This document shows positions 51,687 to 61,033 of a DNA stretch of 64,000 nt, piece by piece. Location of the stretch: assembly GCA_041649155.1 (NCBI GenBank), contig JBAZNP010000001.1, forward strand, positions 558,869-622,868, given 5' to 3'. This DNA comes from Patescibacteria group bacterium. GTDB lineage: Bacteria > Patescibacteriota > UBA1384 > XYA2-FULL-43-10 > 1-14-0-10-43-13. The notes below the pieces were generated by a model, which had not been told where the DNA came from, did not search any database, and saw nothing but the letters and a program-made list of their open reading frames with translations. The position numbers were made by a program, and so were the translations under genes. Numbering within the stretch: the stretch's first letter is position 1; every line of letters starts with the position of its first letter.

Positions 51687-51691
51687 ATATC

Positions 51692-51758
51692 GTCATCCCA
51701 GACTTGATCTGGGATCCAGTTACTATTTATATAGATTCCGTATCAAGTACGGAATGAC
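51692..51758. mobile_element. MITE-like element (GTCATCCCAGACTTGATCTGGGAT...TACGGAATGAC) directly upstream of recO
   Basis: Two 8-bp-stem hairpins separated by an AT-rich spacer (revcomp GGAATCTATATAAATAGTAACTGG), as at 6047-6115. Confidence 0.75.
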
Positions 51759-51769
51759 AGAGCGGAATC

Positions 51770-52507
51770 ATGAATATTCGAACAAGTGGGATAGTACTAA
51801 AGCGTATGAACTTTGGCGAAGCCGATCGGATTTTGACTATTTTTACTGAGCGGTTTGGCAAAGTTAAAGCTATCGCCCGAGGGGTTAGAAAAGGAAGGTC
51901 GAAATTGGCCGGCCATCTTGAACCATTTATGCTTTTAGATTTGCAACTTTATGAGGGTAAAACTTTTTATACTGTCACCGGTTCGGAAATTAAATCTGAT
52001 TTTTCAGAGATTCACACTGAGCTAAAAAAAACTTCTCAAGCCTTTTATCTAGCTGAATTAGTTGATAGATTTTTGCCCGATCATCAGGGATCAGATGAAG
52101 TTTTTAATCTTTTTTGCAGAGCTCTTCAATATCTGAATAAAAATGAGAAAAATTTATTTCTGCGAATCTTTGAGCTAAAAATTATTGAAGCTTCTGGCTT
52201 TTATCCGGAGCTTTATGAATGTGTACATTGCAAAAATAAATTAGAGGAAGAAAGTAATTTTTGGGATGCGGTTGAAGGCGGTGTAATTTGTGGTGATTGT
52301 CAGAAAAAATTTCATCATGGTAAGAAAATTTCAAACCAATTAATAAAATTATTACGCTTAATAGAGAAAAGCGATTTTTCAATTTTGGAAAAATTAAAAA
52401 TATCGAACGAGGTAGAAGAAGAAGCAGAAGAAATATTATCCACATACATCGCCTCGGTCTTGGAAAGAGAACTAAAAAGCAAAGGTTTTATGAAACTGGT
52501 AAACTAG
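51770..52507 (+). CDS. recO: DNA repair protein RecO
   Basis: N-terminal OB-fold (GIVLKRMNFGEADRILTIFTERFGKVKAIARG). C-terminal zinc site C-x2-C ... C-x2-C. Confidence 0.85.
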   Translation: MNIRTSGIVLKRMNFGEADRILTIFTERFGKVKAIARGVRKGRSKLAGHLEPFMLLDLQLYEGKTFYTVTGSEIKSDFSEIHTELKKTSQAFYLAELVDRFLPDHQGSDEVFNLFCRALQYLNKNEKNLFLRIFELKIIEASGFYPELYECVHCKNKLEEESNFWDAVEGGVICGDCQKKFHHGKKISNQLIKLLRLIEKSDFSILEKLKISNEVEEEAEEILSTYIASVLERELKSKGFMKLVN

Positions 52508-52547
52508 TTTTCATTTAAACTTATTTTAATCGTATATATGGATAATT

Positions 52548-52585
52548 ATCTTAGTATTCAATATGGCCGTTGCAAAATCTAAGAT
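52548..52585. repeat. 38-bp repeat copy C
   Basis: ATCTTAG-TATTCAATATGGCCGTTGCAAAAT-CTAAGAT. Compare copies A and B. Confidence 0.75.
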
Positions 52586-52679
52586 AGTTATTAACTGGTT
52601 ATTTTTAAATGTAATATGTAATAAAGAGAAGCGCCCCGATGGAAAATTCCATCGGGGCGCAACGGTTGTGGTGAGGGTG

Positions 52680-53513
52680 TTAGCCCTCTACAAACAGCAT
52701 GGCGCTGTTGCGGGGAGAGTAGATGGGGAAGCCGAGTTCTCGGCCTTTGCGGCGATACCACTGGTCAGAGGCGGCCCAAAGTTTGTTGTTAGGGTGAATC
52801 CAACTACATTCAGCATAAGGATCGATATCTGCTTTGCTGAATGATTTGACATTCATTTCGCTGGTTTCAACTTCGATTAAATATCGGATGCAATGATCAA
52901 GCTGAAAACCCCGAGTTCCCCATTCTGTTGGTTCTTTGGCATACTGGCGAAGGAACGATGGATTCTTGGGAATATTGACTCGTTCAAAGCTCTGTCCTGT
53001 GATGCATGGCCCCATCCAGATACTTATTTCGTTGTTTTTATCTGGCCATTCTTCAAAGAACTTCTGGATAACCCCAAAGGGAAGCTGGATTATTTCCGGC
53101 CACCCGACATGCATGTAGCCAATCCATCTGTCAGACCAAATGATGATGCAGGCGCAATCGCCGAGAAAGGTCTCGATCACAAATGGGAATGAACTGCCAG
53201 TTCTTTGGACGATTAAACCGTCGCAAGAAAAGACAATCGGCATAACATACTTGTCTTTTACGATTTCTACGATATTGTGTGATTCGTGAGCAAGCGATAC
53301 GTGACAAATAGGTCCGAAATTCCTGCCAAGTGTCTTTTCGATAACTTCTCTGCCAATATCGGCCGGCGTGTTCTTGTCCCCGATATAGCCTATTGGGAAC
53401 TTTTGAGTGGCTAGCGGGTACACGACTCTGAGTGATCGCTCGGCGTCGATATACCCAAAATCCTTGAACTGCTTTGACCCGAAAAGGGCCTCAAAATCAT
53501 ACTTATGCGGCAT
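52680..53513 (-). CDS. YfiH/PgeF-like (DUF152, laccase-domain/peptidoglycan-editing-factor family) protein, locally higher GC
   Basis: GDCACIII (cf. TADCLPVLL), MHVGWPE (cf. HAGWRG) and MGPCITGQSFE (cf. LGPCIGPCCYEV) sit in the correct order. GC is visibly elevated versus neighbours. Perfect 12-bp GC hairpin terminator at 52631-52660. Confidence 0.5.
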   Translation of the reverse strand: MPHKYDFEALFGSKQFKDFGYIDAERSLRVVYPLATQKFPIGYIGDKNTPADIGREVIEKTLGRNFGPICHVSLAHESHNIVEIVKDKYVMPIVFSCDGLIVQRTGSSFPFVIETFLGDCACIIIWSDRWIGYMHVGWPEIIQLPFGVIQKFFEEWPDKNNEISIWMGPCITGQSFERVNIPKNPSFLRQYAKEPTEWGTRGFQLDHCIRYLIEVETSEMNVKSFSKADIDPYAECSWIHPNNKLWAASDQWYRRKGRELGFPIYSPRNSAMLFVEG

Positions 53514-53744
53514 TTACCGCACCCCCTTCATATGTAGTATGTGCTTTGAGCTCAAATACGATGAGATCCTTCGGCTGTGCCTCAGGATGACAACTTATTT
53601 GAACATCAACCGTATATTACATCATAAATCTCTGGAAATATCAATAGTGAAGAATGCTACATAGTGTGGTATATTGTTTTTAGTTCTTGGTTTATTTAAA
53701 AAATAATTAGGTCTCTGTTTTCTGGAGATTTATGAAGGGGAGTT

Positions 53745-54320
53745 ATGTTGATAAAAAACCACGGTAAAGTAAGAGAAGATAATGGTTTTACTTTAATAGA
53801 ACTTTTGGTTGTGGTGGCTATTATCGGAGTTTTAGCGACAGTTGTAGTAGTAAGCTTAACTGGAGCGCAAAAAAAATCAAGAGATTCGAAAAGAAAGTCA
53901 GATGTTGCAGCGATTAAACTCAGCATGGATTCGTTTTATGTTGATAATCATCGATATCCTATTTGTGATAACACGACTGAATGCAAATTCAGCAATATAA
54001 CTAATTCAAATGAGCGTTCTATCAATGATACCAACAAAACAATTATTGCAGATGATATAACTAAAATTACAACGTATTTACCAGTTTTCCCCAAGGACCC
54101 CACTGTTAAAAGGAATGGTTTGCCTGCATATTATGCATATGCGGATAGTGATAGCAATGCTCTTGGGAATCAATCTTACTCAATCGGAGTGGCGCTGGAG
54201 GTGGCAGAAGGTGATGATCCGTATGAGCTTGAAATAAGCGGTAAGACATATTATTTATGTAAATCAAGTACGAGTGGGCTTGACGTTATGTGGGAGACTT
54301 GGCCAAAATGCGATTTTTAG
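53745..54320 (+). CDS. Type IV pilin-like protein
   Basis: NGFTLIELLVVVAIIGVLATVVVVSL prepilin N-terminus. Confidence 0.75.
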   Translation: MLIKNHGKVREDNGFTLIELLVVVAIIGVLATVVVVSLTGAQKKSRDSKRKSDVAAIKLSMDSFYVDNHRYPICDNTTECKFSNITNSNERSINDTNKTIIADDITKITTYLPVFPKDPTVKRNGLPAYYAYADSDSNALGNQSYSIGVALEVAEGDDPYELEISGKTYYLCKSSTSGLDVMWETWPKCDF

Positions 54321-54354
54321 ATCAGTAAAAAAAAGGAAACATTGAGGAAATATT

Positions 54355-55839
54355 ATGGCAAAAGAAAATAACAATGCCGCATCCGACAAAGTCGGAGCGG
54401 GCACCCCTGCTTATACTGAAAGCGGAATGCGAGGCAAGATGGAAAAGATTATCTCTTTATGTAAAAGACGTGGGTTCGTCTATCCTGCTTCGGAGATCTA
54501 CGGTGGTTTTGCAAATGCCTTTGACTATGGTCCGCTTGGTGCGCAATTAAAGAAAAATGTTAAAGATGTCTGGTGGCAGAAGTTTGTAACTGAGCGCGAT
54601 GACATGGTCGGGCTTGACTCGGCAATTATTCAAAATCCAAAAACATGGGAAGCTTCAGGGCATTTGAAATCTTTTTCTGATCCTCTTGTAGAATGTAAAA
54701 AATGCCATAAACGTTTCCGTGAAGACCATATTCAAGAATTGTTGGAAAAGATTGGTGCTGCTGCTGACGCGGTGACGGGATCCCTGATCAAGTCCGGGAT
54801 GACAGAAGGGTTATCACAGGAACAAAGAGATATGTTGTTTTGCAAAGGCGCAGAAGAGCATGATTTTACGGAAGCGAAGAATTTTAATCTTATGTTTAAG
54901 ACTTTTATAGGCGTGACGGAAGATTCGGCTTCAACTGCATATTTGCGGCCGGAAACTGCTCAGGGTATATTTTTAAATTTTAAAAATGTTCTGCAGTCAA
55001 GCCGTGTCAAAATTCCTTTTGGTATTGCCCAGATCGGAAAAGCTTTCCGCAACGAAATTACTCCGGGAAATTTTACCTTTAGAACAAGAGAATTTGAACA
55101 GTCTGAGATTGAATATTTTATCAAACCAGACAAAGAAGAGTCGCAGAAAACTTTTGACTACTGGATAAAGATCTGGAAAGAGTTCTTCTCTGATTTGGGT
55201 ATTAAAGATGAAAATCTTACCATTAGAGCGCATGACAAAGAGGAACTTTCTCATTATTCAACTGGTACGTCAGACGTAGAGTATAACTTTCCGTTTGGAG
55301 TATCAGAACTTGCCGGTGTAGCCCAAAGAACTGATTTTGATTTAAAACAGCACGAAAAATATTCCGGACAGGATGTAAAATATTTTGATGAGACTACCGG
55401 TGAAAAATTTATTCCTTATGTGGTTGAACCAACGATGGGTGTTGATCGAGCTGCCTTAGCATTTTTAGTAGATGCTTATGATGAATCAGACGGAACTGAT
55501 GGCAGGGCAGAAGGGGAGGTCACACTTCATCTACATCCAAAACTAGCTCCTATTAAAATCGCAGTGTTCCCGCTGGTAAAAAAAGAAGGTCTGCCAGAAA
55601 TAGCCAAGGAAATAGTTTCTAATTTGCGAAAAGCAGGAATCGAAACTTTTTATGATGAAAGCGGATCAGTTGGTAAGAGATATCGAAGACAGGATGAAAT
55701 TGGCACTCCATGGTGCGTTACAATTGATTTTGACTCGATAAAAGACAAAACAGTGACAGTCAGAGATAGAGATACGATGAAGCAGGAGAGGATGAAAATT
55801 ACAGAAGTAATTGGTTTTGTGCAGGGAAAATTAATCTAA
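54355..55839 (+). CDS. glyQS: Glycine--tRNA ligase, alpha2 (homodimeric, GlyQS) type
   Basis: Class II aaRS motifs. N-terminal RRGFVYPASEIYGG...FDYGPLG characteristic of alpha2-type GlyRS. C-terminal anticodon-binding domain. Confidence 0.85.
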   Translation: MAKENNNAASDKVGAGTPAYTESGMRGKMEKIISLCKRRGFVYPASEIYGGFANAFDYGPLGAQLKKNVKDVWWQKFVTERDDMVGLDSAIIQNPKTWEASGHLKSFSDPLVECKKCHKRFREDHIQELLEKIGAAADAVTGSLIKSGMTEGLSQEQRDMLFCKGAEEHDFTEAKNFNLMFKTFIGVTEDSASTAYLRPETAQGIFLNFKNVLQSSRVKIPFGIAQIGKAFRNEITPGNFTFRTREFEQSEIEYFIKPDKEESQKTFDYWIKIWKEFFSDLGIKDENLTIRAHDKEELSHYSTGTSDVEYNFPFGVSELAGVAQRTDFDLKQHEKYSGQDVKYFDETTGEKFIPYVVEPTMGVDRAALAFLVDAYDESDGTDGRAEGEVTLHLHPKLAPIKIAVFPLVKKEGLPEIAKEIVSNLRKAGIETFYDESGSVGKRYRRQDEIGTPWCVTIDFDSIKDKTVTVRDRDTMKQERMKITEVIGFVQGKLI

Positions 55840-55855
55840 ATAAGTTGGGAGGGAC

Positions 55856-56398
55856 ATGAATAGGAGAGCGTTTGCCCTAGTTAAATCCGGCGAGGCCGGT
55901 AAGTCAAAAGCTTATTTAACGGGGTTTACTTTAATAGAACTTCTAGTGATGGTTGCCATCATCGGTATTTTGGCTACTATAATTTCTTTAAATGTAATAG
56001 GAGCACAGGCTAAAGCGAAGTATGCAAAGGTTATTGCTGATATGGCGACTATAGGTAAAGCGGTTAATTCATATTGGGTTAGTAATTATAGCGAATATCC
56101 GAAAGATGTGACTTATAATACGTTACCAACTGATGCTGGTTTTTCTGAATATCTCTCTGTTTGGCCCAAAACACCTTGTAATAGTAATTACTATTATGAT
56201 TACGAAAACTGGTCAAATGATCCTGTGCCTGTTCCCAACAAAGGGATCATAGGAATCCAATTTATCTATAGGAATGGAAGTGCTAATAGATACATATATT
56301 ATTATAATATTCATGATTTTTCATCAGTTGCCGACTCTCTTTATAGGGGTGTTAACATAGAAGATTTGTCTGATAAAAAAATAACTTGTTCCGAGTAA
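55856..56398 (+). CDS. Type IV pilin-like protein
   Basis: TGFTLIELLVMVAIIGILATIISL prepilin N-terminus. Terminator at 56412-56450. Confidence 0.75.
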   Translation: MNRRAFALVKSGEAGKSKAYLTGFTLIELLVMVAIIGILATIISLNVIGAQAKAKYAKVIADMATIGKAVNSYWVSNYSEYPKDVTYNTLPTDAGFSEYLSVWPKTPCNSNYYYDYENWSNDPVPVPNKGIIGIQFIYRNGSANRYIYYYNIHDFSSVADSLYRGVNIEDLSDKKITCSE

Positions 56399-56411
56399 GC
56401 AATTGTTTAAA

Positions 56412-56450
56412 TAAAAAAATCAGCCTTATAAAACAGGCTGATTTTTTTTT
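56412..56450 (+). terminator. Rho-independent terminator after the pilin gene (AAATCAGCCT-TATAAAAC-AGGCTGATTT + T9)
   Basis: Stem-loop followed by a 9-T run. Confidence 0.7.
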
Positions 56451-56587
56451 AATTATCGTTTTCTGTACTGCATAAATTAGCATTTACTATTATTGTCCAC
56501 AAATTTGTGGAGAGAAGGGTTGTTGACGATGGGGCAAGTAAGCACTAAACTGGTAAGTAGTGGGTGACAGTGGGAAAAGGTGGGAGA

Positions 56588-56677
56588 ACAACAGATGACG
56601 AATTATACAGATAATACAAATATTGGAATTCAAATTCGTCATTAGTATTATTAGTTTTTATTAGTAATCTGTAGTTT
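56588..56677. mobile_element. Internally deleted (MITE-like) derivative of the GxxExxY TIR cassette
   Basis: Head AACAACAGATGACGAATTATACAGATAATACAAAT plus tail TAGTATTATTAGTTTTTATTAGTAATCTGTAGTT. Same ends as 36275-36742 but only ~90 bp long. Encodes the remnant MTNYTDNTNIGIQIRH*. Confidence 0.6.
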
Positions 56678-56679
56678 AT

Positions 56680-57111
56680 ATGTTTATTGGAGAATATTCA
56701 CACAGTTTGGATGATAAGGGGCGAGTATCTCTTCCGGTAAAGTTTCGCGGAAAGTTAGCTTCCGGTTGTGTGGTCACTAGAGGGCTTGACCATTGCTTAT
56801 GGGTGTATTCTTTGGAGGAGTGGGAGAAATTGGCTGAGAATTTATCGTCTCTCCCCATTACTTCCAAGAACGCCAGGAGTTTTTCCAGATTAATGCTTGC
56901 TGGAGCGATGGACTTAAAAATCGATAGTGCAGGACGCATAAATTTACCAAATTATTTATCAAAATATGCTGGCATCAAAAATAAAGTAGTCATTACAGGT
57001 ATGTATAACCGATTGGAGATATGGCCGGAAGAGGGTTGGAGTGAATTTAAGAAAGGAATGGAAGAAAATAGCGAGGAAATTGCCGAGCAGATAGAGGAAA
57101 TCGGCTTCTAG
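56680..57111 (+). CDS. mraZ: Transcriptional regulator MraZ
   Basis: MFIGEYSHSLDDKGRVSLPVKFR and a second DxxGR repeat. 143 aa. First gene of the dcw cluster. Confidence 0.9.
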   Translation: MFIGEYSHSLDDKGRVSLPVKFRGKLASGCVVTRGLDHCLWVYSLEEWEKLAENLSSLPITSKNARSFSRLMLAGAMDLKIDSAGRINLPNYLSKYAGIKNKVVITGMYNRLEIWPEEGWSEFKKGMEENSEEIAEQIEEIGF

Positions 57112-57113
57112 GA

Positions 57114-57170
57114 AACAACAGATTACAGATCATACGAATAATACAGATTACAAATTGGACAGATAATATT
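57114..57170. repeat. Solo TIR-like copy of the GxxExxY-cassette end (AACAACAGATTACAGATCATACGAATAATACAGATTACAAAT), immediately after the mraZ stop
   Basis: Related to the heads at 36275 and 56588 and to the rRNA-flanking repeats. Confidence 0.55.
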
Positions 57171-57344
57171 AATAATGAATATCGCATCTTAACAATTTTA
57201 TTTAAATAAGTAGCCAACAAACACCTTGTGAGTTCATTTAGAAGCTGTACGAACAGCACACGGAGGAGGGTTCCTATTCATAGAATGGGAACAAGCGAAG
57301 GAGGGCATCATCCTCCTACACTCAGGTTTGGTTCGAGGACTACG

Positions 57345-57364
57345 CCTGCCTGCCGGCAGGCAGG
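57345..57364. repeat. 20-bp perfect palindrome CCTGCCTGCCGGCAGGCAGG (solo copy)
   Basis: Same palindrome at 7026-7045, 20198-20217, 34256-34276 (1 mismatch) and 41815-41834 (1 mismatch). Confidence 0.85.
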
Positions 57365-57546
57365 TCCACGCAGCCAAAACTTCGTTTTGGAGGATTTCAC
57401 GGCAAAACTATCAAAAAATAGTCGAGCTCAAAAACAAAAACTTTATTTTTATAGGCACGTTCTGGGTGCATAAAACAAAAAAGTTGGCTACTGATTTTAA
57501 TAAAATTGTAAATCTTTGTTTTTTTAATTTCTTATTGGGAGGGAAA

Positions 57547-57900
57547 GTGGGTAGAGTTCTAACAATCACAAACAGCAGTCACAATATTGCAGGTGTCCGA
57601 AAAAAGACAATTGGAAGAGAAATTGTTATTGGGCCCAATGCAATCAAATTTGTAGCAATTTCAATATTTGCTATATTGGCAATCGTTTATTTAACCCAAT
57701 CAACTTCGGGGGCTAATAGAAGTGTCAAGGTTCAGGATTTAGACGATAAAAAAACACAATTACAAATGCAAAAAGAGCGTCTCGAAGTTGAACAGACTAG
57801 ATTAAAATCTCTCAAAGAAATTGATAGCACGGTTGAAAATGAAAAAAATACTTTAGAACCAGCATCGAATGTGGACAATATAAGTGGAACTGTTCATTAG
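57547..57900 (+). CDS. ftsL: FtsL/DivIC-like cell-division protein (single TM + coiled coil)
   Basis: GTG start after GGGAGGGA. TM helix AIKFVAISIFAILAIVYL then a coiled-coil (QLQMQKERLEVEQTRLKSLKEI). Sits between mraZ and ftsI. Confidence 0.45.
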   Translation: MGRVLTITNSSHNIAGVRKKTIGREIVIGPNAIKFVAISIFAILAIVYLTQSTSGANRSVKVQDLDDKKTQLQMQKERLEVEQTRLKSLKEIDSTVENEKNTLEPASNVDNISGTVH

Positions 57901-57962
57901 GATTAACTGATATCATCAAGCAGGATTATTGCGTCATAGAATAAATTGCAATATTATTATAA

Positions 57963-59732
57963 TTGACTATGTCTGAATATACTAAGACAATTGAAAGACG
58001 CCTAAAGGCCATGGGCGTTATTGTTGTATTAATTACAGTAATACTGATTTTTAGAATGTTTGATATTCAAATTATTAAACATAGTCATTATCTTGCTTTA
58101 GCGCAAGGACAGCAAAGGTTCGAAAAAACGGAAACAGCTCAGAGGGGCAAAGTTTATGTTCACGATTCTTTTTCGGATCCAGATTCTTACTATCCTTTAG
58201 CATTTGATGTTAAGAAGTTCTCTGTCTGGGTTGTACCGCATCAGGTAACAAAAAAAGAGGAACTATCCGGTAAATTAGCAGGTCTGGTTGGTCTTACTTC
58301 ACAGGAGATCTTCGATAAAATAAATAACGACAAACTTTATATACCTCCGATTAAAAAAGGGCTTTCTTTGGACGAAGCAGAAAAGGTTAAAGATGAACAA
58401 TTGACCGGAGTATTCGTCATGCCTGAATATAGTCGCTATTATCCTGAAGCGACTTTAGCATCTCATATTTTGGGCTTTGTTAATGCTGATGGTGAAGGAA
58501 AGTATGGTTTTGAAGGTCATTATAACAACGAGCTTAAGGGAACTGCGGGAAATGTAACAGGAGAGAAGGATACATTGGGCAGAATGATTAATCTTTTAGA
58601 TCAGACTGACCCCAAGGATGGTACAAGTTATGTTCTAACAATTGACAGATCTGTCCAATATTTTGTTGAAAAGAAACTAAATGAAGCCTTACAGACGTAT
58701 CAGGCAGAATCCGGTACTGTCATTATTATGGATGTAAAAACAGGTGGAATTGTTGCGATGGCTAGTGCTCCCAGTTATGATCCTAATAATTTTAAAGATT
58801 ATGCAAAAGATAATGCCGGCATATATGTTAATCCATCGATAGCTCATCTCTACGAACCAGGAAGTATTTTCAAGCCAATCGTTATGTCTGCGGCCATAGA
58901 TCAAGGAGTTGTAACACCAGAAACAAAAGGCAACTTTGACTGGCATGTTATGATTCAGGGGCATGAAATTAAAACAGCAGAAAAAAAAGCATTCGGTGAA
59001 GAAGATATGACACAGGTTCTGCAAAATTCAGACAATGTTGCTATGGTCTGGCTTTCAGAAAAACTGGGCAAAGATTCCATGTATAAATACTTGAAGGCTT
59101 ACAATATGTTTGACAAAACCGGTATAGATCTTGATTCGGAGGTTGCGGGCTATGCGCCTGAGCTAAAGCGTTGGCAAGACATTAATAGGGCTACAATATC
59201 ATTTGGACAAGGTATCTCTGTGACCCCGATTGAGATAGTTGCTGCTTATGCTGCTATGGCTAACGGTGGGGTTTATGAATATCCTCACATTGTTGATAAG
59301 ATGATTTTCTCGGATGGTACTGAAAAAAAGGTTGAGAAACAAGAAGGAGAAAGAATTATAAAGAAAGAGACCGCACAGCAACTTGGAGAAATGCTGTACA
59401 ATGTTGTGGAAAAGGGACATAGTTGGCGTGCAAAGGTGCCAGGATACAAGATAGGGGCAAAAACCGGTACTGCTCAGATTCCAAAAGCAGAAGGAGGTTA
59501 CGAGGAGTCTGAGGACGGATTGGGGATTTATATTCATTCTCTCGCTGGATTTGCACCAACAAATGATCCAAGGTATGCTATGTTAGTTAAGCTGGATAAG
59601 CCGAAATCTAATAAATACGCCGAAAATACTGCTGCACCGCTATTTGGAGAAATTTCTTCTTTTCTATTAAACTATTATTATAGATTGGCGCCAACAGAAC
59701 CGATAACATCGGCTGGTTACACTCCGTCTTAA
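57963..59732 (+). CDS. ftsI: Peptidoglycan D,D-transpeptidase FtsI/PBP2-family (class B PBP)
   Basis: N-terminal TM, PBP dimerisation domain. Transpeptidase motifs SIFKP (SxxK), SDN, KTGT. Confidence 0.9.
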   Translation: MTMSEYTKTIERRLKAMGVIVVLITVILIFRMFDIQIIKHSHYLALAQGQQRFEKTETAQRGKVYVHDSFSDPDSYYPLAFDVKKFSVWVVPHQVTKKEELSGKLAGLVGLTSQEIFDKINNDKLYIPPIKKGLSLDEAEKVKDEQLTGVFVMPEYSRYYPEATLASHILGFVNADGEGKYGFEGHYNNELKGTAGNVTGEKDTLGRMINLLDQTDPKDGTSYVLTIDRSVQYFVEKKLNEALQTYQAESGTVIIMDVKTGGIVAMASAPSYDPNNFKDYAKDNAGIYVNPSIAHLYEPGSIFKPIVMSAAIDQGVVTPETKGNFDWHVMIQGHEIKTAEKKAFGEEDMTQVLQNSDNVAMVWLSEKLGKDSMYKYLKAYNMFDKTGIDLDSEVAGYAPELKRWQDINRATISFGQGISVTPIEIVAAYAAMANGGVYEYPHIVDKMIFSDGTEKKVEKQEGERIIKKETAQQLGEMLYNVVEKGHSWRAKVPGYKIGAKTGTAQIPKAEGGYEESEDGLGIYIHSLAGFAPTNDPRYAMLVKLDKPKSNKYAENTAAPLFGEISSFLLNYYYRLAPTEPITSAGYTPS

Positions 59733-59759
59733 GATGCGTCAAATAACTCAAGTTGGTAT

Positions 59760-61010
59760 ATGAGGAACATTTATTTAAAATTTATTTACAAAATACTTGC
59801 TTTTTATGCAAGGAAAGTAATTGTTACGCACAATCCTTTTGTCATTGCTGTAACCGGTTCTGTGGGAAAGACATCGACAAAGGAAGCCATTTATCAGGTT
59901 TTGCATGATAAATATGGAGATTCAGTCAGAAAGAATTTCGGTAATTTAAATGCTGAAATTGGCATTCCGTTAACTATTTTAGGTTATGAGAAAGTTCCAA
60001 ATAAATTTATCTGGCCATTGTTTTTATTGGCTGCATGGTTCAAAACAAGGGTGAAAAGTTATCCAAAGTATCTGGTTTTAGAAATGGGAGTGGAACATCC
60101 CTGCGATATTGAGTATTTTTCTTCAATAGTTCGTCCTGATATTGCAATAATTACAAGCACTTCATCGGCCCATCTCGCAAATTTCCAAAATGAAGAACAA
60201 TTCCAAAAAGAGAAAATTTCTTTAATTGATCATTTAAGAGATGGCGGCAAGGCAATCTTGAATTTTGATGATGAAAATCTGGTAAAAATTAAGGGTGAAA
60301 ATATTTATTCCGTTGCTATTAATAATAACGCTGCAAATTACAAGTCTGAGAGCATTAAATTATCTCTGATGGGAACAGAATTCAGGATTGCTAAAACAGG
60401 ACACAAGATTTCTGTAAAATCACAATTATTGGGAAATCAGATGATTTACCCTCAAATGTTTTCTTTTGCAGTGGCTGATATAATGGGATTTTCTCTGATT
60501 GAAACCGGCAAATCTTTAGAAAAAATTTCTCCCATACCAGGCAGGTTAAATCTAATTGAAGGAAAGGATAATATTGCAATAATTGATGATACATATAACT
60601 CTAATCCAACTTCGGCCAAGCTGGCCATTGATTTCTTGGATCAGGTGGATTATAAGGGGAGAAAGATTGCGATTTTGGGTAACATGAATGAACTGGGTGC
60701 CAATGAAAAACTTCTTCATCAAAAAATTGCAGAATACAGCAAAGACAAATTTGACCAGGTGATATTTGTTGGCGTAAATTCATCAATTATGCAAGAAAAA
60801 TGTGATCGTAATTCCTTAAGTTTTAAAACAAGAAAAGAACTAATTAATAATCTGGACAAAATATTAAAGCCAAATGATCTTGTGCTCATAAAGGCTTCGC
60901 AAAATAAAAATTATTTAGAAGAAGTAGTAAAAAAAATAATGAAAAATCCAAGTCTTGCAAAAGAGCAGCTAGTAAGGCAAAGTAAAGAATGGATAAACAG
61001 AAAACGATAG
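59760..61010 (+). CDS. murF: UDP-N-acetylmuramoyl-tripeptide--D-alanyl-D-alanine ligase (Mur ligase family, MurF-like)
   Basis: VIAVTGSVGKTSTKE P-loop and Mur ligase middle/C-terminal domains. 416 aa. Confidence 0.75.
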   Translation: MRNIYLKFIYKILAFYARKVIVTHNPFVIAVTGSVGKTSTKEAIYQVLHDKYGDSVRKNFGNLNAEIGIPLTILGYEKVPNKFIWPLFLLAAWFKTRVKSYPKYLVLEMGVEHPCDIEYFSSIVRPDIAIITSTSSAHLANFQNEEQFQKEKISLIDHLRDGGKAILNFDDENLVKIKGENIYSVAINNNAANYKSESIKLSLMGTEFRIAKTGHKISVKSQLLGNQMIYPQMFSFAVADIMGFSLIETGKSLEKISPIPGRLNLIEGKDNIAIIDDTYNSNPTSAKLAIDFLDQVDYKGRKIAILGNMNELGANEKLLHQKIAEYSKDKFDQVIFVGVNSSIMQEKCDRNSLSFKTRKELINNLDKILKPNDLVLIKASQNKNYLEEVVKKIMKNPSLAKEQLVRQSKEWINRKR

Positions 61011-61033
61011 GTGAATAATATCAAAGGAGTTTT

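Noticed and set aside
57228-57540. Tracked ORFs 57228-57473 and the 5' extension of 57328-57900 as the missing rsmH
   Set aside because: Their sequences (RRRVPIHRMGTSEGGHHPP...; MVRGLRLPAGRQVHAAK...) are translations of the GC palindrome and repeat DNA. They lack SAM-methyltransferase motifs. The real gene most likely starts at GTG 57547 (ftsL-like).
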